64,000 bases of DNA from contig JAGHYV010000002.1 of the NCBI GenBank assembly GCA_017743475.1, positions 13,844 to 77,843 of the forward strand, given 5' to 3'. The translations under genes and the position numbers were made by a program. Below are positions 46,136 through 56,577 of the stretch, piece by piece (the first letter of the stretch is position 1; each line of letters opens with the position of its first letter). Source of the DNA: Roseiflexus sp. GTDB lineage: Bacteria > Chloroflexota > Chloroflexia > Chloroflexales > Roseiflexaceae. Below the pieces are notes generated by a model. That model searched no databases, was not told where the DNA came from, and worked only from the letters and a program-made list of their open reading frames with translations.

Positions 46136-47728
46136 TCATCCTCTTCCTGCCACATACGCCCGCACCTCGGACGCCGGGATGCGCACCTGCTGCATGGTAT
46201 CGCGGTCGCGCACGGTGACAGTGCCATCTTCGAGCGACTGGAAATCGACTGTCACACAGTACGGCGTACCGATTTCGTCCTGGCGGCGGTAAAGTTTGCC
46301 GATAGCGCCGGTATCATCGTAGACTGTGCGAAAGAAACTTCCGCTCTGGATCGCCTTGCGCAGCTCCCGCGCCATGGCAACCAGACCTTCGTGGTTGCGC
46401 TTGAGTGGAAAGACAGCGACGCGGATCGGTGCAAGATGCGGTTTCAAGTGTAGCACAGTACGGAAGTATTCATCGATCAGTCCCTGCACCTGACCACGTA
46501 GTTTCTTTCCGGCTTCAACCTGATCAGCGCCTGGCATTGCCAGCAACGTCTCGATCTGAGGCATGGTCTCTGGCAATCCCGCCAGGATTGCCTGTCCGCG
46601 TTCAATGAGCGTGTCACGTGTTTCGGGTGCCAGTTTTTCGTTTCTGCCGACTGACTTGAGGAATGCTTCTAGGGCGTCGGTAACAGTGCTCACTCGTTCA
46701 GCTGGAGGCGCCTTAACCATCTGTTCATCATAGGCTTCTGCGAGCACTGCTAGGAAACAACGCCCCACACCAGCCGACGGTTCGATCACGAAGGGCACGA
46801 TATGCCGTCTGCTCTCTGGATCGTAGTAGGTCAGCCTGGCATTGCTATCGCGGTTGGGATTAGCGCGCGCCGTCAGGTTGAGCGTCTCCTGGTCGCGGCT
46901 GTGTGAACCAAGGTCATAGTCGGTGCGACTGGCGATCCCTTCGACCTCCTCGTACCCCAGGGTCGGGTAGTCGTACATTAGGTCGAACGTGCGTTTGGAG
47001 TAGTGCGCCAGTTCGTTGGGCGGCACATCGTAAATCTTGATGCGCGTGCGCGGGATGCCGATGCTCTCCCACCAGGCGAGCCGATCCTCCAGCCAACGCT
47101 GGTGCCATTCGTCCTCAGTTCCAGGCATTACAAAGTATTCGATCTCCATCTGCTCGAACTCGCGCACACGGAAGAGAAAGTTACGCGGGTTGATCTCATT
47201 GCGGAACGCTTTGCCAACCTGTGCGACGCCAAACGGCAGTTTACGGCTGCTGGTCGCCAGCACATTCCCAAAGTTGACAAAGATACCCTGCGCTGTTTCT
47301 GGGCGTAGATACGCAAATGAGTCGGCGTCTGCCACAGGACCGACAGTGGTTTTGAACATCATATTGAACGGTCGCGGCTCGGTCAGGTTGGTTGAACCGC
47401 AGTTGGGGCAACGCCCCTTGATATGATCGGCGCGCCAGCGGCTCTTACAGTCCCGGCAATCGACCAGCGGATCGTTGAACGTTTCCTCGTGACCGGAATA
47501 GCGCCAAGTCAGGCGGTTCATCAAAATGGCGGCATCCAGCCCTTCCATATCGTCGCGCTCATAGACATTGGTGCGCCACCAGGAGGAGATAATATTGTTT
47601 TTCAACTCAACCCCTAGTGGTCCCCAGTCAAAGACGCCTTGCAGTCCGCCATAGATTTCGGAGCTAGGAAACACAAAGCCACGCCGTTTGCAAAGCGAGA
47701 CCAACTGATCCAATGTAGTTGCTGGCAT
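46136..47728 (-). CDS. glyQS: Glycine--tRNA ligase, alpha2 (GlyQS) type
   Basis: [46 protein letters not shown] and [12 protein letters not shown]; AGGAG RBS. Confidence 0.95.
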   Translation of the reverse strand: MPATTLDQLVSLCKRRGFVFPSSEIYGGLQGVFDWGPLGVELKNNIISSWWRTNVYERDDMEGLDAAILMNRLTWRYSGHEETFNDPLVDCRDCKSRWRADHIKGRCPNCGSTNLTEPRPFNMMFKTTVGPVADADSFAYLRPETAQGIFVNFGNVLATSSRKLPFGVAQVGKAFRNEINPRNFLFRVREFEQMEIEYFVMPGTEDEWHQRWLEDRLAWWESIGIPRTRIKIYDVPPNELAHYSKRTFDLMYDYPTLGYEEVEGIASRTDYDLGSHSRDQETLNLTARANPNRDSNARLTYYDPESRRHIVPFVIEPSAGVGRCFLAVLAEAYDEQMVKAPPAERVSTVTDALEAFLKSVGRNEKLAPETRDTLIERGQAILAGLPETMPQIETLLAMPGADQVEAGKKLRGQVQGLIDEYFRTVLHLKPHLAPIRVAVFPLKRNHEGLVAMARELRKAIQSGSFFRTVYDDTGAIGKLYRRQDEIGTPYCVTVDFQSLEDGTVTVRDRDTMQQVRIPASEVRAYVAGRG

Positions 47729-47747
47729 AGAACAACTCCTGTTTAAT

Positions 47748-47975
47748 AAAAAAACCAGGCGATCATCATTCGCCTGGGGACGCATTGCGCAAGACATGCA
47801 ACACGCGGTTCCGCCCCAGTTACCGTTCAGCGCCAACGCCCTGAACCGCCCTGAACGATCACTCGAAGCACATTCAGCTCCTCAGCGCCCTTCCCTACTG
47901 CGCATACCACCAGGCTTGCACCGTCCCCGGCTCGCTGGATGAAACGCACACAGGTACTCCTCTGGTTCAACGCTG
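47748..47975 (-). ncRNA. T-box riboswitch (Gly)
   Basis: Stem I GAGGAGTA...AGCGAGCCGGG...CGGTGCAAGCCTGG; specifier GGC (47889-47887); T-box AACTGGGGCGGAACCGCG (47821-47804); antiterminator CGTCCCC; terminator CCAGGCGA/TCGCCTGG plus T7. Confidence 0.9.
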
Positions 47976-47981
47976 CACGTT

Positions 47982-48923
47982 TTACTTTTCCTCCGGAACG
48001 AGCGCCTGCTCGTTGATCACGCCATTGACTTCGGTGGCGCGCGGTTCCGACCGTAGTGGTTGCGCCGACGATGCGTGGTTGATGTAGGTGTAGATTTGCG
48101 TCGTCGAAATCGACGTATGCCCCAACAGTTCCTGCACAGCGCGCAGGTCGGCGCCAGCGTTGAGCATATGCACTGCGAACGAATGACGCAGCACGTGCGG
48201 CGTCAGGTCGCCAAGCCCCATTTCTTCGGCGTACTGTTTAAGGATCAACCAGAACCCCTGACGTGTCAGACGCTTGCCACGATGGTTGAGGAACAGCGCG
48301 TCGGTTGGCGCATCATTCCCACGGGCAAGCTGGCTGCGACTGTTATCACAGTACTCTTCCAGCGCAGTCACTGCGGATTCATTGATCGGCAGGACGCGTA
48401 CGCGACTGTTTTTACCGGTGCAGCGCACAGTGCCCCGTACCAGGTCGATGTCAGTCATATTCAACGCCACTAGTTCACTTACCCGCATCCCGGTGGCGTA
48501 CAGCAGTTCGAGCATCGCCTTATCCCGGATGCGCTCTGGTGTTGGCGAACGCAACGGCAACTCCAGCAGTTCGTCTACCTGGTGCGGAGTCAGCGCACGT
48601 GGCAGATCGCGATCAACCTTTGGCGAATCGATCCGCTTGGTTGGATCGTGTGGGACGACGCCGCTTCTAGTCAGGAACGCGAAGAACGACTTTACTGCTG
48701 CAACTCTGCGTGCAACTGTCGAACTGGCATAGCGACGCTCGCGGAGATAAAGCATAAATGCCAGAATATCATCGTGCGAAACATCACACCATTCGCGCCG
48801 ACTTCTTGCGCTCACAAAGTCGCAGAATTGATCGAGATCGGTACGATATGCCGCGATAGTATTGGCGGCAAGATTGCGTTCGTCTGCGAGGTACTGCAGA
48901 AACGCTTCAATCTGATCATTCAT
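47982..48923 (-). CDS. xerD: Site-specific tyrosine recombinase XerD
   Basis: ERNLAANTIAAYRTDL, RDKAMLELLYATGMRVSEL, LTRQGFW, TPHVLRHSFA and LLGH..ISTTQIY. Confidence 0.9.
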   Translation of the reverse strand: MNDQIEAFLQYLADERNLAANTIAAYRTDLDQFCDFVSARSRREWCDVSHDDILAFMLYLRERRYASSTVARRVAAVKSFFAFLTRSGVVPHDPTKRIDSPKVDRDLPRALTPHQVDELLELPLRSPTPERIRDKAMLELLYATGMRVSELVALNMTDIDLVRGTVRCTGKNSRVRVLPINESAVTALEEYCDNSRSQLARGNDAPTDALFLNHRGKRLTRQGFWLILKQYAEEMGLGDLTPHVLRHSFAVHMLNAGADLRAVQELLGHTSISTTQIYTYINHASSAQPLRSEPRATEVNGVINEQALVPEEK

Positions 48924-49073
48924 AGTCTCTCCAGCGCCCTGCCGGGATCCAGCATAGATGGCAGACCACATTCTGATAATCTATAAGCATCTTTGCTGGC
49001 AGATGCGCATAGTGTACAACAGTGCATTGTGATGCTCGATGTCTGCGCATGGTACTGCAAGGCTTCCGATGTG

Positions 49074-50093
49074 TCAACCGACTGCCATTGCTTCAATATG
49101 CCAGGCAAAGAAGCGATCAAGATGGTCACGCGCTTCCGCGACGCTGGACGAGTGGTGCACTGCACTGCGCAGTGCGGCTGCGCCGGGCAGCTCAATGCCA
49201 AACTGTCCTATCAACTGTTTCAGCTTGTTCAGCGCCAGGCGTTCGGGCATTTCGTCGCAACACATCTCCAGGTAGCGCGTCAGAAAATCGTATTTGTCCG
49301 CGGGGGTGACTGTCATTGGTTGCATTCCTGCGCGTAATTGAGCGATCTGTCGGAAGATCCACGGATTATGTATTGCACCGCGCCCAATCATAACACCGTC
49401 AGCGCCGCTCTCGCGCAGACGGCGAAGCGCGTCGGCGGCATCACGAACATCTCCTGATCCGATGACAGGGATCCTGACAGCGCGCTTGACCTCAGCAACC
49501 CGCTTCCAGTCAGCAACGCCGCTGTACCCCTGGGCGCGTGTGCGCGGATGGAGTGCCAGCGCTGCCACACCAGCCTGCTCCGCCATTTTTGCTGTATCCA
49601 GGTAGTTCAGGCTCTCCTCGTCCCACCCGGCGCGAAACTTGAGAGTTACCGGGATCTGTACCGCAGCGCAGACTGCCTTCAACAGTCGTTCCATTTTCGG
49701 CAGATCGCGCAGCAGTGCCGAACCATGCCCGCTCCCAGTCACTTTTGGCGATGGGCATCCACAGTTGATGTCGAGAATATCGGCACCGAGTTCTTCAACG
49801 ACGCGAGCAGCCGCCGCAACCAGGTCTGGATCACTGCCACTCAGTTGCATGGCAATGGGACGTTCTTCTGGCAGATAGTCGAGCTGGCGATGGCGGCTGC
49901 GCGCACGAGGGCTGACTGCCGAGGCGCTGGTCATCTCGCTGCACACCAATCCGCATCCGCCTAGACTGAGGATCATGCGGCGGAAGATGCTATCGGTGAA
50001 GCCAACCATCGGTGCCAGCACAATGTTCGGCTCGATGGTGATATGCCTGATCCGGTACTTCGTCGGAAGGGCGTCGTTCATAGACTGCAACAA
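49074..50093 (-). CDS. dusB: tRNA-dihydrouridine synthase
   Basis: VLAPMVG, QLSG, DINCGCP, LHPRTR, GSGD and VMIGRG. Confidence 0.88.
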   Translation of the reverse strand: MLQSMNDALPTKYRIRHITIEPNIVLAPMVGFTDSIFRRMILSLGGCGLVCSEMTSASAVSPRARSRHRQLDYLPEERPIAMQLSGSDPDLVAAAARVVEELGADILDINCGCPSPKVTGSGHGSALLRDLPKMERLLKAVCAAVQIPVTLKFRAGWDEESLNYLDTAKMAEQAGVAALALHPRTRAQGYSGVADWKRVAEVKRAVRIPVIGSGDVRDAADALRRLRESGADGVMIGRGAIHNPWIFRQIAQLRAGMQPMTVTPADKYDFLTRYLEMCCDEMPERLALNKLKQLIGQFGIELPGAAALRSAVHHSSSVAEARDHLDRFFAWHIEAMAVG

Positions 50094-50128
50094 ACTAATT
50101 TGGCTTTCACAGAATAATGCCCATACGA

Positions 50129-50137
50129 ATTATACCA
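50129..50137 (-). promoter_or_regulatory. Extended -10 (TGG-TATAAT) upstream of dusB
   Basis: The plus strand reads ATTATACCA. Confidence 0.5.
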
Positions 50138-50153
50138 GAGTCAATGGCGATCT

Positions 50154-50188
50154 AACGTTCAACGCTCAACGTTCAACCTTCAACGTTC
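50154..50188. repeat. 5 x 7-bp tandem (AACGTTC) overlapping the murJ stop
   Basis: aacgttc aacgctc aacgttc aaccttc aacgttc. Confidence 0.8.
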
Positions 50189-51507
50189 GCCCGCATTCGC
50201 CATCGCAACACCATCCCCAGCGTCAACGACTCCAGCGCCGACGTAAGCGCAAAGGCTGCCGGAATTGCCACAACACCCCATGGTTCAAGCCATACCCAGA
50301 TCAGTGCTATCCGCCCCATCAGTTGCGCGCAGTTGGTCACCAGCGGCGTCTGCGTATCGTGCAGAGCTATCAACCCACGTGTCAGCACTTCGGTTGCAAC
50401 ATACGCTGGCAAACCTGCAATATAGACAACCAGCAGCAATGCTGTCAAATCGCCTGCAGCGGCATCGAAGCGACCACGTTCAAACAGCAGGCGAATGAGC
50501 GAACGACCGGTCAGTGCCAGCATCAGCGCTGCTCCGATTGCCAGAATGATACTGATTGCCAGTGCCGCACCAATAGTCTTGCGCATACGCGCCCAGTCAC
50601 CGCGTGCCGCACTGGCGGCGATGCGTGGGAATGCCGCCTGCGCTAGAGCGACTCCGATCAACCGCAGTGGCACACCCATCAGTAAACCCGCGTTGAAGAG
50701 CGTCGGCAGCGCCCCTGGCTCACGCGCCAGCGAGGCAAAGGCAGTATCGACGATTCCGCCAGCATAATTCACCCCGGACGACAATCCATTCGGCGTCAGC
50801 AAGCGAAGCATCCGGCGCAATTGCGCATCGTGTAGATCCAACACCGGTCGCAAACGAAATCGATTGGCGTGCAAGCCAAGCCAGAGAATAACCAGTTGCA
50901 GTAGCGCATCGCCAACCACGCCGTAGGTTGGACCGTAGATGCCGATACCGGGAATGAAACGCGCCGCCAGAATGCCGCCAATCATGGTGATGTTGTGGGT
51001 CACAATCGAGATCGCAGTAAGCAGAAACTGGTTACGCGCGTTCAATACCGCTATCGCCACACTGGAGATGACAACCAGGATCAGTTGCGCCAGCATGATC
51101 CGTGTCAGTGCCACGGTCAATGCCGCTGTGGCGCTATCGAAACCTGGAGCAATCACGAAGCGCACAAGGAAGGGGGCAAACACGATGCAGATGAGCACAA
51201 TCAGCGCTACGACAGCGGTCAGTGTCGTTGCCGCCAGATTTACCAGACGCCGCTCGGCAGTGTCGCCTTCTTCGTAGCGCACGCCGAGCAACACCGGTAT
51301 CATCGCGTTGGAAAGCGCCCCGCCGCTGATCAGGCTGGCAATGGTGTCGGGCAGGCGGAAGGCAGCGTAGTAGGCGCTCGCTTCCATTCCCGCACCGAAT
51401 TCGGCGTTAAACAACGCCTGACGGATAATCCCCAATCCTGCTGATAGAACATATGCGGATATGAAAAGGATTGTCCCCTCGGCGATGGTGAATTCGCGCC
51501 GGATCAT
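50173..51507 (-). CDS. murJ: MurJ/MviN-family lipid II flippase
   Basis: FGAGMEASAYYAAFRLPD...GGALSNAMIPV, QAAFP and LLFERGRFD; start overlaps the upstream stop (ATGA). Confidence 0.85.
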   Translation of the reverse strand: MIRREFTIAEGTILFISAYVLSAGLGIIRQALFNAEFGAGMEASAYYAAFRLPDTIASLISGGALSNAMIPVLLGVRYEEGDTAERRLVNLAATTLTAVVALIVLICIVFAPFLVRFVIAPGFDSATAALTVALTRIMLAQLILVVISSVAIAVLNARNQFLLTAISIVTHNITMIGGILAARFIPGIGIYGPTYGVVGDALLQLVILWLGLHANRFRLRPVLDLHDAQLRRMLRLLTPNGLSSGVNYAGGIVDTAFASLAREPGALPTLFNAGLLMGVPLRLIGVALAQAAFPRIAASAARGDWARMRKTIGAALAISIILAIGAALMLALTGRSLIRLLFERGRFDAAAGDLTALLLVVYIAGLPAYVATEVLTRGLIALHDTQTPLVTNCAQLMGRIALIWVWLEPWGVVAIPAAFALTSALESLTLGMVLRWRMRANVEG

Positions 51508-52496
51508 CGATCCACAGCCGCCCGCAACGCTCGAATGTTGCTCCATGGCGCCGTTGTTGGCATAACGCAACCGGTTGAGAGACACACGCGCCGCCCACCC
51601 ATGGCATCGATAGCCTGTCGCGCCAATGTCTGAATCGTCGCTGGCGTACCCTCGACGATGTCACGCTGACTCAGCCCGCCGACGACCATGCCTGGAAAAC
51701 GACGCGCCCCTTCTGCGAGGTCGGGCCCGGTGTCCCGATCGTGCCAGTTGAGCGCCTGCACCGGGTACTCTGCTGCAATCTCGAAGTAGGAATACAGCCC
51801 GTGCAGGTGGAGCAGGATGAAGGTTGTCTCTCCCTGTGCGGCGTGAACTGCTTCGAGGATGCGGAGATCGAGCGGGCGGCAGACGTCGCGGTACTCCGCT
51901 TCGCTGATGACGTCCGCTGTGCAGCGTTGCATAGCATAAAAGATGCCATCGGCGCCAGCTGCCAGTGCTGCTTTAACGAAGCGAATGGTTGTTTCGGTGA
52001 TTGCCTCAAGTGCATGAAACAGATCGGATCGGTATCGCCGGAGATGGACGATCTCCATCCCGCCGCCAATCAGGTTCTTCGCCTGGCTGATCGGACTGAA
52101 GATCGTCGCCAGCAGCGGAACATCTGGATCGATCAGTTCGCGTGCACGACGGATCGCAGCCAGGTGCGCGCCGAGCGCTCCCGCATATGGATCAAGCGGC
52201 TCGATCCGACGCCAGTCGGCAGGAACGCTGACCGGATGCGCAACGTAGTCACTAGTGCCTTCGGGGTTCCCGCGGTACACTGCACGACATCCCCAATCTT
52301 CGACACAGAAACTGCTGGACGGTGTGAACTTCACAAAATCCCAATCGTAGTGCGCCTGAAACGCTGCAACCGACTGCGCCAGTTGTTCAGGATCCTGGTC
52401 ATCGACCGGGAAATGACGCCACAACGCAACTGGCGGGCGATCAACTGGCTCACCACGAAGAGCGGCAGCAAGCCGCTCACGGTGCGTCATCGACAT
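51504..52496 (-). CDS. Uroporphyrinogen decarboxylase-family protein
   Basis: MTHRERLAAALRGEPVDRPPVALWRHF, TIFSP, ILLHLHG and LSTGC. Confidence 0.8.
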   Translation of the reverse strand: MSMTHRERLAAALRGEPVDRPPVALWRHFPVDDQDPEQLAQSVAAFQAHYDWDFVKFTPSSSFCVEDWGCRAVYRGNPEGTSDYVAHPVSVPADWRRIEPLDPYAGALGAHLAAIRRARELIDPDVPLLATIFSPISQAKNLIGGGMEIVHLRRYRSDLFHALEAITETTIRFVKAALAAGADGIFYAMQRCTADVISEAEYRDVCRPLDLRILEAVHAAQGETTFILLHLHGLYSYFEIAAEYPVQALNWHDRDTGPDLAEGARRFPGMVVGGLSQRDIVEGTPATIQTLARQAIDAMGGRRVCLSTGCVMPTTAPWSNIRALRAAVDR

Positions 52497-52752
52497 GGTG
52501 CACCTCGTTTCGGTGGCTTATTACTGCTTCTATGGTACCACAGTAACGCCAGTCGAGTGTTGGTAATCGTTCACTCCTGGAGGAACACACGTGTCTGTGA
52601 GCGAGGGCGTCCCGATCTCGTCGCGTCTACGACTACGATAGTAAGATGCCCTCACTCCCAGAATAAGAACACTTACGAACGTCGCAATCGTTGACGCCTG
52701 TGTGGTTGAGGTCTACAATGTTCATTATTCTGTAAAGGGAATCATCAGACGT

Positions 52753-53628
52753 ATGGGACTCTATCCGCCTGACGATCCATTTTTCATCAGCACGTCTCTT
52801 TTCGGTATTCCGCTTGTTGTGCGATGGTACGGCGTTATCATTGTCGGCAGTGCGATGCTGGCAGGTTGGATCGCTGCCAGACGCGCTCGCCAGCGCGGGT
52901 ATGATCCAGATCATATCTGGAACCTGCTGCTGCTTGGAATGGTATCTGGCATCATCGGTGCGCGTGCCTATTATGTCCTGTTTGAGTGGCCTCGCTTCGC
53001 TGGTGCATCGTGGCTGGAGATTATCAACCCGGCAACAGGCGGGTTGGCGATCCATGGAGCGCTGATCGGCGCTGTGGTTGCTGCTGCGCTCTACACACAC
53101 TGGCAGCGCCTGCCGTTGCGCATCTTTCTCGATATTGCCATGCCTCCCTTCCTGCTAGCGCAGGCGATCGGGCGCTGGGGCAACTTTATGAACCAGGAGG
53201 CGTACGGCAGCCCAACACACCTGGGTTTTGGCGTTCTGATCGACGAGCAGCATCGCATCGGTCCGTACCGCGATATGCAGCAGTTTCCGCCCGATACCCT
53301 GTTCCATCCCACATTTCTCTACGAATCGGTCTGGAATCTCACCGGTTTTGGGGTGTTGATCTGGCTGGAGCGACGCCTGCGCGACTGGCTGCGTCCGCTC
53401 GATATTGCGTTATTCTATGCAATCTGGTACGGACTGGGGCGCTTCTGGATCGAAGGATTCCGGACCGACAGTCTGTGTTTGAGCGGTATCGGCGGTTCGT
53501 GTGAAGGGTCGTTGCGTGTTGCGCAACTGGTCAGTTTGCTGATGGTTATTGGCGGCATGATAGGTCTGGCGATTAATCACCATTACGCTGTCACACACGG
53601 AACGCAACCGAAGAGCGCTGAACGTTAG
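52753..53628 (+). CDS. lgt: Prolipoprotein diacylglyceryl transferase
   Basis: RWYG, GARAYYV, GLAIHG, QAIGRWGNFMNQEAYG, HPTFLYES and RFWIEGFR. Confidence 0.93.
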   Translation: MGLYPPDDPFFISTSLFGIPLVVRWYGVIIVGSAMLAGWIAARRARQRGYDPDHIWNLLLLGMVSGIIGARAYYVLFEWPRFAGASWLEIINPATGGLAIHGALIGAVVAAALYTHWQRLPLRIFLDIAMPPFLLAQAIGRWGNFMNQEAYGSPTHLGFGVLIDEQHRIGPYRDMQQFPPDTLFHPTFLYESVWNLTGFGVLIWLERRLRDWLRPLDIALFYAIWYGLGRFWIEGFRTDSLCLSGIGGSCEGSLRVAQLVSLLMVIGGMIGLAINHHYAVTHGTQPKSAER

Positions 53629-53769
53629 TATCACTTTCTAATGATGAAACATATGGGGAAGATGCATCCGCTGCGCCTCCTTCCTTGTTGTTTGCCGGTG
53701 CTGCACCACAGACGATGCAGCGAGCAGATGTTCCATCTTCCGGGGTGCAACCCTTTCGCCTTCAACCTT

Positions 53770-54993
53770 TTACACCCTCTCCTCGACTCGTCCAACCACG
53801 AACTTTAGATACCTTCCTTCGGGAAAGTGCGCTGGTGCTGGATGATCGAGCGGTTGACCAGCCTCGTGGATGATTTGCAACCGTCGGTCGGCGATGGCGC
53901 CAGCTGCTGCCAGCGCTTCGCGGAACGCCTCCGGTCCTACCTGGGTGGTGCAACTGGCAGTTGCCAGCAGACCGCCAGGAACGACGCAGCGCATACCAAG
54001 TGCGTTGAGTCGCGCATATGATCGCTGAGCCGCGAAACGACTCTCCTTACGCCGCGCAAAACTGGGCGGATCAAGGATCACCAGATCAAAGCGTTCCCCG
54101 GAGGCTGCATACTTCTCCAGCAACTCGAAACAGTCGGCAGTTTCAAACTGATGCCGTCCATCGTCGAGATTGTTGAGCATGAGGTTATAGTGGGTTGCTG
54201 TCGCCAGTCCCTTGCCAATATCGACGCTGACGACGCGGCGGGCACCGCCGCGTAGTGCATAGAGCGCAAATCCGCCAGTATAGGCAAAGCAGTTCAGCAC
54301 GGTTCGTCCTGCAGCAAGACCTTCAACGAACCGCCGGTTTTCACGCTGGTCGAGGAACAGACCGGTTTTTTGAGCGGCATAGAGGGCGACGGCAAAGCGT
54401 ATTCCATGCTCGGTAATCACAACCTCGCGCGGCGGCGCTTCGCCATACAGGGTTCTCAGACGTGCGCCGCTCTCCCCGTCAGGTGCTGCATCACGATGAT
54501 CTTCATACGTCGCCGTGCGTGTCCCCGCCGATCCGCGCAGCGCTACACCGCGAAGGGTCGGGTCTACTTTGGCGAGCATCGCTGCCACGTCATCAACTAG
54601 AGTACGTGCACCGGGAGAGTACGACTGTATCACAGCAAAGTCACCGTAGCGATCAATGGTTATACCTGGGAGTCCATCACCTTCGCCAAAAACCCAGCGG
54701 TACGCAGTTATGCCCGCAGCACGCAACGGGGCGCGAAGTTCCCACGCTCTCGTCAGTTGATCGTGCAGCCAGATCGTATCAGGTGGGCGTCGCGTCGAGA
54801 AAATACGTAACGCAATTGGACCCTCTGCATCCCACAACGCATACCCCCGCCACGTGCCGCAGCGGACTGCCACCCACGCACCGGATGGCAGGCGCACGTT
54901 GGGCGGCACATGATCCCGATAGACCCAGGGATGCCCCTGAGCCAGACGCTCGCGCAGGAATGCTGGCAGCGCGATTTCTGGAAGATGCACCAT
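53770..54993 (-). CDS. Class I SAM-dependent rRNA m5C methyltransferase (RlmI-like, PUA domain)
   Basis: GHPWVY, GEGDGLPG, QKTGLFLDQRENR, LNCFAYTG, ILDPPSF and EGRYLK. Confidence 0.88.
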   Translation of the reverse strand: MVHLPEIALPAFLRERLAQGHPWVYRDHVPPNVRLPSGAWVAVRCGTWRGYALWDAEGPIALRIFSTRRPPDTIWLHDQLTRAWELRAPLRAAGITAYRWVFGEGDGLPGITIDRYGDFAVIQSYSPGARTLVDDVAAMLAKVDPTLRGVALRGSAGTRTATYEDHRDAAPDGESGARLRTLYGEAPPREVVITEHGIRFAVALYAAQKTGLFLDQRENRRFVEGLAAGRTVLNCFAYTGGFALYALRGGARRVVSVDIGKGLATATHYNLMLNNLDDGRHQFETADCFELLEKYAASGERFDLVILDPPSFARRKESRFAAQRSYARLNALGMRCVVPGGLLATASCTTQVGPEAFREALAAAGAIADRRLQIIHEAGQPLDHPAPAHFPEGRYLKFVVGRVEERV

Positions 54994-55297
54994 ACACTAT
55001 CGGGTATCAAAATCCTGACTGATCGAACGTCTGCGTGAGAAGGATCGCCTGGTACTATCACACGCAGTGTAGCATGATCCTGAAGTCACTGCACAGAAAT
55101 CAAGGGGAGTGTGTCAGGAGAGACGCTTTTCAGGCAATGCGCAGCGCTTTATCTGGTGCATCTTGTGATCAGACGTATCTCTTGAGATGCCTGAGCGATT
55201 ATTACAAAGAGAGAGGTGAAACCTGCCTTCATCTGTCACGTATGTTCAGGCAGGAGTGTGTGATATGATCTTGTGTGATAAGGAGAGGGATAAGGCC

Positions 55298-55510
55298 GTG
55301 TCGTCGATACTCCTAGGAGTCTTGTGTCTGATTGTCATTTTTGCCGTAATCGGTGTAGTCGGCTTCATCGTAGCGCTGAAGATGGGGGTCATTGTGCATC
55401 AAGCGACGAAGCCCACATACCTGGATACCGGCAATTACACCCTCGACCAGGGGCGTGAAGTGCGACCTGAGGAGGAAGAGCGCGCACGTCTTCCGCGAGA
55501 TGGCGCGTAG
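55298..55510 (+). CDS. Small single-TM hypothetical protein
   Basis: AGGAG-like RBS, GTG start, long hydrophobic helix and acidic tail. Confidence 0.6.
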   Translation: MSSILLGVLCLIVIFAVIGVVGFIVALKMGVIVHQATKPTYLDTGNYTLDQGREVRPEEEERARLPRDGA

Positions 55511-55521
55511 CAGCGACGCCG

Positions 55522-55914
55522 ATGAGTAACGCTCTGAAAATAGCGCTTGTAGTGGGGATTGCTATTGCTATCGAAGCGCTTATACTTCGGCAGTTGTTTC
55601 TTGGCTTCCCCACATGTGTCTTTGTCGGTGCGTTCCTGATCGCCAGCGTTCTCCTGGTGTTCATTCAGTATCTGCTTATGAAGCGCTGGTCGACACTCTC
55701 TGCCTCTCTGCGTCGTCGGAAGTCGCAATCCGAACCCGCGTCGAACTTTGATCCCGGTCTCAGTCCCCCGTCCACGCCGGTATTTCACAGCATCGAGGCC
55801 CCAGAACGGAACGGCGCGCTTCCTGATCAGGAACGACATAGTGTGCTTCCTGAGCATGAACAACATGCTGCGTCATCTGATGAAGATGGTATAATACAAA
55901 AGGAAGTATCATAA
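55522..55914 (+). CDS. Two-TM hypothetical protein
   Basis: Two hydrophobic helices followed by a disordered tail; co-oriented in the operon. Confidence 0.6.
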   Translation: MSNALKIALVVGIAIAIEALILRQLFLGFPTCVFVGAFLIASVLLVFIQYLLMKRWSTLSASLRRRKSQSEPASNFDPGLSPPSTPVFHSIEAPERNGALPDQERHSVLPEHEQHAASSDEDGIIQKEVS

Positions 55915-55932
55915 CTGGCAGGGAATAGACCG

Positions 55933-56571
55933 TTGAGTGCAGCCGAATTACTCCAGCAGATCGCCAACGAAGTTCGCACGTGCACGGCGTGTCGATTGCA
56001 TCAGTCGGCGATGAGAGCCGTTCCGGGCGAAGGTCCGCCGGATGCGAAAGTGATGTTCATTGGCGAGGCGCCTGGTTTCCATGAAGATCGCCAGGGTCGT
56101 CCATTCGTGGGTGCTGCCGGGCAATTTCTCGAAGAGTTGCTTGCGCTTGCCGGGTTGCGCCGGAGTGATGTATTCATCGCCAACGTCATCAAACACCGCC
56201 CACCGGACAATCGGGATCCGGAGCCGGACGAAATTGCTGCGTGCAGTCAATTTCTCGAACGGCAGATTGCTGCGCTGAATCCGCTGGTGATTGTGACGCT
56301 TGGGCGCTTCTCGATGGCGCGCTGGTTTCCAGGGGAGAAGATCTCCCGCATCCACGGTCAACCTCGCTGGATCGACGGACGTCTGATTGTTCCGATGATG
56401 CATCCGGCTGCAGCGCTCCATCAACCGCAGTACCGCGCTCTGATCGAAGCGGATTTTCGTAGATTGCCGGAGTTCATCGCGCAGGCGGAAGCGCGGTCGG
56501 TGCACAGCGCTGCTCCTGCTGCGCCCGAAAAGCCAGATGATCCAGACGTGCAGCAACTGTCGCTGTTCTGA
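55933..56571 (+). CDS. Uracil-DNA glycosylase family 4
   Basis: CTAC, GEAPG, GRPFVG, NVIKHRPP and HPAAAL. Confidence 0.92.
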   Translation: MSAAELLQQIANEVRTCTACRLHQSAMRAVPGEGPPDAKVMFIGEAPGFHEDRQGRPFVGAAGQFLEELLALAGLRRSDVFIANVIKHRPPDNRDPEPDEIAACSQFLERQIAALNPLVIVTLGRFSMARWFPGEKISRIHGQPRWIDGRLIVPMMHPAAALHQPQYRALIEADFRRLPEFIAQAEARSVHSAAPAAPEKPDDPDVQQLSLF

Positions 56572-56577
56572 GCATCT

